From Diploschistes diacapsis (taxonomy: Eukaryota): a stretch of 41,312 nucleotides of DNA. Location of the stretch: positions 1 through 41,312 of the forward strand of contig JALAIB010000048.1 in the NCBI GenBank assembly GCA_023645945.1. Reading direction: 5' to 3'. The notes beneath the pieces are model-generated. The model was not told where the DNA came from. It did not search any database and saw only the letters and a list, made by a program, of their open reading frames with translations. Below are positions 13,331 to 22,900 of this stretch, piece by piece. Every line of letters starts with the position of its first letter. Position 1 is the first letter of the stretch. The position numbers were made by a program, and so were the translations under genes.

Positions 13331-13660
13331 GGAGGGTGATGGCGAAAGAGAGGTGATGGTTAGGCAGGTGCCGTTTATGGAGATGCTGTCGCCGAGCTTG
13401 GCGTCGGAGAGGATGAGCGGGCAGTGGGTTATGGTGAGGGAGGTGCCGTTGCCGCCGGAGGTGGTGGGGTCGTGGGCGGTTAGGACGGAGACCACTGTGT
13501 AGGGATTTTAATGTGTTGTTCTTGGGCTGATAGTATGAGAAAGTTGATGGTGTGTATGTAGTAAAGGTCATGAGCAGATACCCCAGCGGGACAATTTATA
13601 GAGAGTTCGGAAGATAGAACATGACTAACCTCCGATCTCTTCGATGAGCCCTGTAAACAT
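13330..13660 (-). pseudogene. RIB5: Riboflavin synthase 5' fragment (exon 13660-13630, intron 13629-13495, exon from 13494), truncated
   Basis: Diagnostic MFTGLIEEIG N-terminus spliced to VVSVLTAHDPTTSGGNGTSLTITHCPLILSDAKLGDSISINGTCLTIT. Similarity stops after about 60 aa, where the frame runs into the antisense of the amidohydrolase. Confidence 0.88.
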
Positions 13661-14281
13661 GGCTTCTCCCGTTTTCACATCCAAGAGAGGTTTGATCGCT
13701 AGTCAGTTGATCCCACACCTTTCAGAGGGCAATCGAAATAAGTCGCTTGGCTAGCAGCAAGCTACTCCAGGTATGAGACAGTGTGTTGAATTATTGAGGG
13801 GAAGGCGTACAATCTGGTGCGAGCAGAAGATACGAGGAGCGCTCAAGGTAATATTCAGATGCTTTACTCAGACAATGAACAGGTTAACCTGTAGCGTAGC
13901 TGATGATTCGAAGACCTGTGCAAGCCCAATGATGACTACAATGTTGTATGCATCCTCGTTCAATTTGTGAGAGCGGGGTCAATCTTCCCAGGCCACGGGC
14001 GAGCCTCAAGCGTGCAACTGTGGTATGACCGAAGCACTTAACTGCTTAATTTATAGGCAGCATGGTCTAGCAGGTTTTCTATGACCATTCTGGAGCGGTT
14101 TGTTCGAGAATCTGCTTCCGTGACAATTTATACCATGGCAGGGTTTCAAGGCATCATAGTAGCGTTTGGTCCGAGGTCCGGAGGCTCTCCTGATATATCG
14201 ACCTCCTGTGTGCTTTCTTAGCCAGCAAATCTCTATACAGAAACTTTTCTGGGGTCAGCCTCAACACCTTGGCATCATGTT

Positions 14282-15532
14282 TCAAAGATGTTTGCGTTTC
14301 CACTTCTCGAATTCCGCTTTCCTCTCCTGCAACCGCCCCTTGCGCAAGTCGAGCGTGCCACGGGTATTACCATCAAGATCGTTCCTTTCCCGACCAGGTC
14401 GGCCTGGTTGCACCTTATTGGCCATCACTCTCTTATGCAGCAGCATTTCAAGATCCTGCTTTATTTCATCGCAGTAATCATACCGGTATGTGCCGTCTCC
14501 TCCATCTTTGGCCAATACTATGCAGACTCTCATAACCTTTGGGTAGAAGAACGTTAGAGATGGCTTATCAACTAGCTGGTCCACTATTTCGACCGCCACT
14601 TCACCGTGCCTCGTGACTTGGAGTTCTCCGCGACACCAGATGGACTCTGCATCTGCCAACGTCATATGGTAAGTGGCTGCGAGGCAGACCGAGCTGAGAT
14701 TGGGTAGATCTGCAATCATTTCACAGAATTCGGAATGACAGCTTGGCCAGGCACTCGAAGCTTGAAGCGGCGCCCCGTCAATGGAAGCAAAGGCAATATA
14801 TTGTTCCGGCTTGAGAGAGAGGTGGCGGATAAAGTCCCTTTGCATTTTCGTCCGCGTTGTAGTGAAATCATGAGCGGTACGAGACTTCGCAAAAAGGTAC
14901 GTATTCTGCGTCCAGAAGATCCTGAAGGTCTCTGCGTAAATGGCCCGGCATGTCCGCATAGCCTTCAAACAGAGCTGCGCTTCTCTAACCTGCTCTCTCA
15001 ACACGTCTTCTTGGCTTTGTGAGTCTAGAGCTCTCCCTGCCTTCGCAAGTGGCCAGGCCTTGGCGAAGCATGAGTTGTGCCGAAAGTCGTGATAATAATG
15101 CCTTCGATCTCTGGCCTCGTAATCCACAAATCTTTGACCGGGAGGCAGCTTGCTTCGATATGCATCCCAGTAGGTCTTATCAGGGTTATCGTAAGGATAC
15201 ATAGCATATGCAAGCACGTCCGAGAGAGGTGCGCTGCAGATGACATGTGTCACATTGTGGATTGATGGATTCACAATATGTATTGTGTGACCTCCGAAGA
15301 CGAATTCCTAGATCTGATCACGTATCTCGCGAGGAAGCCGGAATAAATGAGTATCAGGAGTTACGTAGGGCGCATTAGGTCCTTGACTCCATGTCACATA
15401 CTGTTCCAAGGAGACAGTTGCCGACTTCTTGTTCCGTTCAGCCCTGGCCTCCTTTTTGCTTCCTCTCAGCGTGTCCTTGACGTTCAAGATGTCTTCCCTG
15501 AAGCTTCTAAGATGGTCCCGGAAATTAGCCAT
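14282..15532 (-). pseudogene. Fungal DUF7730/F-box-like (LPxEIRxxI) protein with one premature stop
   Basis: ORFs 15308-15532 and 14282-15274 are in one frame: LFRLPREIRDQI*EFVFGGHTIHI ... MRTCRAIYAETFRIFWTQNTYLF. The TAG at 15308-15310 sits where Trp (TGG) or Tyr is expected. Confidence 0.7.
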
Positions 15533-17304
15533 ATTGAGGTCAGATCGATATGAAGGTTCCGTGATTCAACGGTGGCAAAATACATCGCTTTTAAGATACG
15601 TGTAAGCTATAGGATAGCTGTTGCCTCTTTCCATTCTTGTAGTGTCACGCTCATTGATTGCGCAGTGCAGAATGCAGGCTCTGCTACCTCCGTGAACGCA
15701 CTATAATCAATGTTAGGCTAAGTTCTTCGAGGGAACGTTGGCGCTTAGGATTGCAGAAGCTGGCTTGGTAGTAACCTTTGGTCGTAAGAGGTATAAGGCA
15801 TTTTGTGAGTGCCTCCGCTACATATGTAAAATACACCGTGGCGCGGTGGGAATAGTTATACTTTTCTTTTACAACAGTAGTCGCTACAGTACATAGCTTA
15901 ACCTGAAAGTTATTAAGGCCTTTCAAACCAACTCTACGAATAACCACCTTGAGGAATATATATCATCGTACTCTATTCCATAACATCGGAGCACAAGGAT
16001 CCTGTGTCCAGACGGGACAGCCAAAGCTATAGAACTTGGTCCGTGAGGCCCGCAGGCAAGGAGCTCCAGTCTAGTTGAATGAATCGCGAGAACATTAACC
16101 ACTCAACTTCTATAACAGATAGCGCAAACCTGGAGATGAATCAATAGCATTGAAATGAAACATAAACGACTAGATGCGAAACCAACAAGGGGAAAAGACC
16201 TACCGAGCAGAGGCAGTGTAAATCCGCCTGACCCTGACCCGATCTGAATCTCCTAGCCTTTATGGACAGGGTCAGTTTCGTTCACGATATCTTGCAGGAA
16301 GGCGTCCGTCCACGAAAAGGTATAGCCTTGCCAATTCCTTTTGGCAGCATTTCTATAACAAAGATGCAACTGTCATTATCCACCACCGAACAGCCAGAAC
16401 GCGGTCAGTTATTGGCTTCTCGGGAGGCTGCAGACTTCGTGTGGTTCTTATCGTACTGGCAAAGTTAACAAGCTCTGTGACTGTGCGAAATCCGTCGATG
16501 ATTTTAATCATCTCGGGAATACTTCGCTCATCCCACCCGAACAAGATGAGATTAGACCGACAATAGGTATTCCTAAGTCGGTACTCCGGGTGAAATTGCG
16601 CAAGAGATGAGATATAACAGACTCCTTAGCGTCGGAAGCTCGAATCCCTGACCTTCTAGACCAGAGAAATGAATGAGATATGAGGAGGGATCTCTCCACA
16701 AGTAAACAGAACTGCAGCTCCACGGCGAACCTCAAGCTAGGAGCTATATTGGTAATTTCCATTCTCATAGAGCTTTACGACGCAATAAAAACTGAAGAAT
16801 GATACCGACGACAGACAGGCTGGGACGCCTTAGATCTTGGATCTCTGACTTCCGGCATCTCAATGGCTCCCCAATGTAGTCGGAGTTAGATAGTTGAAGT
16901 CCGAGGGAAAAATAGCAGAGCCGGAGTCAGGTCCGAGGAAAGGGAAGCATCAAATCTATAGATATCTACTGAAGAAAAAGTAGAAATTATCTACGAAAGA
17001 CATCTACTGCATCTTGCTGCACGCGTACTTTGACTCGAGGGAGTGCGTATCATGCAGGCAATTCCAATGTCTAGCTCGGCACCCCGTACTATTTCGCTCT
17101 TCATCGGGTTCGTGTGTCGCTGGTTTCGTTTCTTTTCCAAAGCGTCGAGACTCCGAGCGTTCTGACTGCGGATCAGCGTATAGTATATAAGCCAAAAGAT
17201 GCCATACCTTGGTGCTCGTACGAGATGCGTCTGTTGTGCCACCTTCAGCTATTGCCCTAACAGTTCCTGGCCTTGGTGGCGATAAGGAGCACCCATGAAA
17301 GGCC

Positions 17305-17310
17305 AAAAAA
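17305..17310 (-). terminator. RNA polymerase III terminator (T6)
   Basis: TTTTTT on the minus strand 4 nt after the tRNA discriminator base. Confidence 0.75.
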
Positions 17311-17314
17311 TTAA

Positions 17315-17435
17315 TGGAAGAATTGGGTATCGAACCCAAGACCTCTCGCATGCAAAGCGAGCGCTCTACCACTACTGCACATCAGAATTGAAATCTAGGC
17401 AAACCTTTACTGAACCTTACCTGAGCTATACTCCC
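17315..17435 (-). tRNA. tRNA-Ala(UGC) interrupted by a 49-nt D-loop intron (exon 1 17435-17421, exon 2 17371-17315)
   Basis: Joined exons give 72 nt: GGGAGTA TA GCTC AGTGGTA GAGC G CTCGC TTTGCAT GCGAG AGGTC TTGGG TTCGATA CCCAA TTCTTCC A. Perfect D, anticodon and T stems, G3:U70 Ala determinant, discriminator A, anticodon TGC at 17352-17354. Confidence 0.95.
17372..17420 (-). other. Spliceosomal-type (GT-AG) intron inside the tRNA D-loop
   Basis: Sequence GTAAGGTTCAGTAAAGGTTTGCCTAGATTTCAATTCTGATGTGCAGTAG: CAG|GTAAGG donor, CTGAT branch motif, YAG acceptor. Exact removal restores the D-loop AGTGGTA. Confidence 0.85.
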
Positions 17436-18276
17436 ACTTATCCAAAGAATGGTCCCTAAAGAATCTATATGTGTGATTCAATATAAGCTATTCAGCGTGT
17501 TTGGAGGTGTTTTTTTATTCACCATTGTTCTCGTAGAGCAAGTGGTAAGCCGGCACATCTTTTTTGTTTCTGTTTCATGCACCAACTTGGCCGTGAATGC
17601 CCCGTTACTTCCTTAATCCCTCTAATCCCTCTGAAATATACCACTTCTATGCACTAACCCCCAACGAGGTCTTTTCACCGCCTTAGATTTGGAATGATCT
17701 TCCAGTTGCCGAAAGGAACTTTTAAAATCCTTCAGTTGACTCCGCCACCTAGCCACTGACTTGAGGGCATTTGCGCAGTCATCTTCCGAGCTTCCCGGAC
17801 CCTAGACTAGAGTAGAGAATAGACTAGACTAGAGTACGTTGTACGAAGGCTAGCAAGTTCTGGGGGAGATCTGTGCCCTGTCTCAATTTCGCACGCTCGC
17901 AACGGTCAAAGAATCAGGATGCTGTGGTCATGCTCTCTTCTCTGTGGCATATCTAGCTAGATGAGGGAATTAACTTATCTGTGTGAACAGATCCTATCCT
18001 CAAGCGCCATTCAGCCTTGGGAACTTAGGACCCTTTCCCCCTCCCCGCTTTGAAGCTTCATGACATCCTCGATGGCCATCGTGTGTGTGTGGTTAATGCA
18101 ATCAACCCATTGTCTTATTTAGTCGGCGCCACCTCTCGCACTTTCAGTCATTCGCATACCTCATCATCAGCAACACAGTCTAGCTATTATATAGCCAAAG
18201 CTGTTCAGTCGTCGCATCCATCAAAGTGTCTTCTACCCGCAGTATCCTATCTCCATCCACCGCATCGCATATCACG

Positions 18277-19457
18277 ATGAACAATAAGCCGACCGAGCCT
18301 GTGACCAACAGTCGCGCTCGTAACAATGGCATGAGTCTCGTTGACGTCCAACCTCCTCGTCGTGAGGACCTCCAGCCGAGTTATGCGCAACAACTCCAAG
18401 GAGACGATGCTGCCACGCAGGGCTGGTATGGCTCAATGAGTAAGCGCAACTTCTTGATGCTTTTGCTGAGCACTGCTGACACTGCCAGTCAACATGATCG
18501 GATCCTGCGTTGGTACCTGTGGCTCTATCCCTTGGTTCGCAGCCCTCCTTTGTCCATCGAAAAGTTCTTAATAACGGTGGCTCAGTTGTGTTGTCTGCCC
18601 GAATCCCTACAAGCCCGTTCAACAAGGAAACGTCGGCCTCGTCACGAAGTTCGGTCGCTTCTACCGCGCGGTTGATCCCGGTCTAGTCAAGATCAACCCG
18701 CTGTCCGAGAAGCTGATCCAAGTCGATGTCAAGATTCAGATAGTTGGTATGTTGATTTGTGCATATCTTCACAACGCGGAGGCTCACAATCATTACAGAG
18801 GTCCCTAAGCAGGTGTGCATGACCAAGGACAACGTCTCGCTACACCTTACTTCCGTCATCTACTACCACATCGTGTCTCCGCACAAGGCCGCATTCGGCA
18901 TCTCCAACATACGCACTGCCCTCATCGAGCGCACACAGACCACTCTGCGACATGTCGTGGGCGCTCGCGTTCTTCAAGATGTTATCGAGCGCCGTGAAGA
19001 GATTGCGCAATCTATCGAGGAAATCATGGACGACGTCGCCTCCGGTTGGGGCGTCCGTGTGGAGAGCATGCTTATCAAGGACATCGTGTTCTCCCAAGAA
19101 CTCCAGGACTCGCTCTCCATGGCCGCTCAATCCAAGCGTATCGGAGAGTCCAAAGTTATCGCGGCCCGCGCCGAGGTCGAGAGTGCCAAGCTCATGCGAC
19201 AGGCTGCCGACATCCTTAGCTCCGCCCCCGCCATGCAGATCCGGTACCTGGAAGCGATGCAGGCCATGGCTAAGACGGCGAATAGTAAGGTGATTTTCTT
19301 GCCTGGCAGTCCGAATCAAGCCATCGCAGGTATGCAACTGGCAGACCAAACTGCCGAAGGACCAAGCAACCACAGCGCTGGAAAGCAACTCTTCGACAGC
19401 ACCTACAATGACGAGTTCCAGCAGGCTATCAACGCGAGGATGACGGAGAACATCTAG
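18277..19457 (+). CDS. Stomatin / SPFH (band 7) family protein (introns 18440-18488, 18535-18585, 18747-18798)
   Basis: Spliced frame gives CCVVCPNPYKPVQQGNVGLVTKFGRFYRAVDPGL, EVPKQVCMTKDNV, ERTQTTLRHVVGAR, LSMAAQSKRIGESK, AMQIRYLEAMQAMAK. Start uncertain (first ATG 18277; in-frame GTG 18226). Confidence 0.93.
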
Positions 19458-19961
19458 GCTATAGATCGAGTTGGAAATAAAGGTTAAGCAAGCGCTGTTG
19501 TGGTGAATGGAGATTCGAAGTGTGATACCCGGAGTCCTGGGCGTTATTTTAGGATGATGCTAGCAATCCTGTAACCTATCTTCTCCAGTACCGCGTTCTT
19601 TACCGTTAAAACAGTCAGTGCCCCGACGTAGACTCTTTGTTTAAAGTTGTCTTGTACCGAGATGTCAGCTTTGCCGTAGTTTAATCACCAAAGGTACGTT
19701 GTAAATATGGATTGCGTCATCTGTCGAGATCCAGTTAAAGAAGTTTTTCCTGGCATGAGGTGGTTGATTGCTGGTCAGGTTATTTTTCTAGTAGTTCCCC
19801 ATGAGTCACTCTAAACGATGAGTATCAACGTTTCCTCAAAGCTTTTGTCTTCTTGACTGTTTCTCGCACAGGAATTCTTTCTTGGCACTATTGGAGCGGT
19901 TAAAGTGGGGGATATAGATGCTGTCGTTCTGATATGGTGATATGGAGAGAGGTGTTGGGAG

Positions 19962-22900
19962 ATGAGCAAAAAAGTATTCAAGAGTCAGGCCTCGAGCAGC
20001 AAAGCAGTGTTCGGCTCGAGTGTCGCCTTCGGCAGCGTCCATTTTGGAAGAGCGCCAGGATCAGTGCTATCATATGTTTATGAGCCGCCAGATCTCGGTG
20101 GCATTTCCGACCCTGCTGTTGTCGTCTGTTTCAAGAACGTCCAGAAGAGGGACAGTACTACTAGGACCAAGGCGCTGGAAGAACTTCAAATCTATGTGAA
20201 CACTCGAAGCGACAGTAAGGATGCCCTCGAAGATTCATTCTTGGAAGCATGGGCCCGACTCTTTCCTAGGACTTCGATTGACAATGCGCGTCGAGTACGG
20301 CAGCTTGTCCATACTATCCATGGCCTGATCATAGAAGTATGCGGGAAACGTTTCGTCAAGCATATGCCTGCTACAGTGGGGGCATGGTTGGCTGGCCTTC
20401 AAGATGGAGATAGACCCGTTGCACGCTCAGCGCAAGACGCCATCAAGAGGGTCTTTTCTACGGAAGGAAAACAACAGGGCGTCTGGAAGGCTTTCCGCGA
20501 TCCGATATTGGAGTATTGTTCGGCCGCTGCTTTGAACGAAAGTCCGAACACGCTGAGCGATAATCGAACGGTAAGCCCAGATGATGCAGAAGCCAAATAC
20601 TCTCGTGCCATTGGAGGGGCACTGCTGACGATTGCGACGCTGTTGGAGGTCCTTCCCGTTGAAGATACAGAGAAAAGAGGAGACTCATATGAAGAGCTAC
20701 TGCATTCCGAAGCTGTTTTAGGCCTGGCATCTTCCGAGGACGCTTTCCTACGGAAAGCTATCTATCGTCTGATCACAACAGCTGAGGCCAAGGTCCAGAA
20801 CCTGCTGCAACTATCAATTGTGGGCAATCACATTATTAAAGCTCTGGATACAGACCAAACAGGTTCTATGAGCGACTTCCTACGGTGCCTAATCAGCCTT
20901 TCAAAAGCGCAGCCTGAAGTATGGACAAGTCTTTACACGGGTTCATCGAAAAAGTCGCCACACAAACGACTTTGTCACTTCTTGCGCAAGGGTTCGCAGG
21001 GCGGCAGCGGGGAGGTATGGTCTCAAATTGGTATCCTCTTAGAGCTTGTGCCACGCTCCGTGCTGCTTCCAGACACCGAACTTCATCCTGAAAAAGATGC
21101 CCAGGCTCAGCAGAGGGTTCATGTCCTAACGGCATTGAAAGAGGGTGCCACCCGTAAGAATGAGATTAGAGCGCTGCAAAAGGACGCTTGGGAATGCTAT
21201 CTCAAGCTTGCAGAAATGATACTCAATTACCAGGTAGAGCCCAGTGCCCGAAGCGAGCTGATACGGAGCTCTGTTCTACCTTTGTTGCAGCAATACATAA
21301 ACCCCGAGACCGAGAACATTGAATGGGGCATCGGCGGCCTAGCTTCCGAATATGTCGTTGAAAAAGCGATCACGGTGGCTTTTTCTTACGACCCTAGAAC
21401 AATACAGGATGTGGTAAACAAACTTTCGGATACACTTATCGAAGAGCTTAAGACATCTCTTCCAGAGCAATCAAAGGACCACTCGAAATCTCAAGATGCA
21501 ACGAGCGACAAGTTCAAGCGCTGGTATACTGTGAGAGCGAGTATGTTGCACAAGGGTGACATACAGTTGTCCGAGATATTCACGAAAAGGGTAGAGTCCG
21601 AGGTGGTTGCCGCAACCAGTGTGCTGGTGTCAAGGAATGGGAAGCCCTATAGCGCTGCCATGGTCCTGGAGCGAGCAGCCACCCTTGTCTGTGGATCTCA
21701 GCAGGCTGTCAATGGAATGTACAAAACCGGCGAGTTTCAGCAGCCGGTGCTTGATAAACTTGTGAGGTTTGCAAAAGAGGAACTGCCATCTCTAATGGGA
21801 TCGCTCTCGTCTTTATACATGCTGAAGATACTGCAAACCCTCGAAAGCGCATGTCCATTAGAAGGTACTTTGACAGCAGCCGTACAAAGGCTCGCTGCTG
21901 CGGAGCCTTCTCCTAGCAGAGACTCGGCATTATACTATCTTACTTCACTACGACCGTGGCCTGGACAGCAGCAAGTGCAGGCGATTCTGTCTCAGGCTGT
22001 CTTGGCCGACTTGAAGCATGCATTGGATGGAGTTGAAGGAAAGTGGTCGCTAATTGAGGCTACTATAAGGAATTCGCAGTCTCCCGATTCTGTGAAGGAG
22101 GATATCCTGGCAAAGATGACAGAAAGTCTTTCGATATCTGCGGAGACTGTGCCGGCACTCGATGGTTTTGATGGGATTGCAAAGGATGCTGGGCAAGCCT
22201 TTGCTAGGCTACTCGCGAGTCCTCACGCTCCAGACCTCCTTTCAAAACTACTTTTTCTTTCACAAGAAGGCGATGAGTACACGCGCAGTCGAGCTTCGAA
22301 GCTAAAGGATATTGTGAGCTCGTCTCTTGCAAAATCAAGCGCAAACGAAATTACTAGCAATCCGGTATTGAATATCATCAAAGAAAGTATCCCGAATACG
22401 CATCAAGAGGCCCTTTCCGTGGAATCGCTTGTGTCTCAGGCGTTGGATCTTCTCAAAGGCAAACCATCAGACCAAGTCAAAGATATCCTGAGTGAATTGC
22501 TGCCTGAGGCTAAGCAATGGAAAGATTTCCTCGGACTCTTCCTTAAAAAACAAATTGATGACGCGTTGGTCTTGACCAATCCTCTTGGTGGCGCAATCCA
22601 TTTACTCTCCTACCCCTATCAAGCGTCTGATCTGGGCCCTATTGGATACGATGCCCAAGGGTGCTCCGCACTTATACGCATGGCGCTCTTCGTTGCTAAG
22701 GTATTTAAAGACTCCGACCTTTGGGAGAAGGCAGACAGCGAGACCTTACTTCGGACATACGTAAACATCTCGATCGTTGCTCAGCTTGCCAATGATCACC
22801 TCAGTCTTCCTCCCGCACAAGCGCTTTTCGATATAGCAGTCGGAATCGAGGAGTCACAAACAGTCGATGCTGTGGCAGAGATTCAATCCTTCTGCGCCGA

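Noticed and set aside
12945..13571. ORF extensions 13330-13502 (+) and 13155-13571 (-) as genuine coding sequence
   Set aside because: They are read-through or alternative frames over the amidohydrolase/RIB5 fusion.
16200..16800. Short ORFs on both strands that might be a gene relic
   Set aside because: No family motif or consistent exon structure could be supported.
17004..17372. 122-aa ORF beginning MVERSLCMREVLGSIPNSS
   Set aside because: Its N-terminus is simply the translated 3' exon of the tRNA gene; no protein features.
17372..17420. Interpreting the tRNA insert as a canonical or BHB-type tRNA intron
   Set aside because: Wrong position (15/16 rather than 37/38), and no bulge-helix-bulge pairing visible at the junctions by eye.
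17802..17836. 13-bp direct repeat CTAGACTAGAGTA x2
   Set aside because: Low-complexity, two copies only; not CRISPR-like and no associated element.
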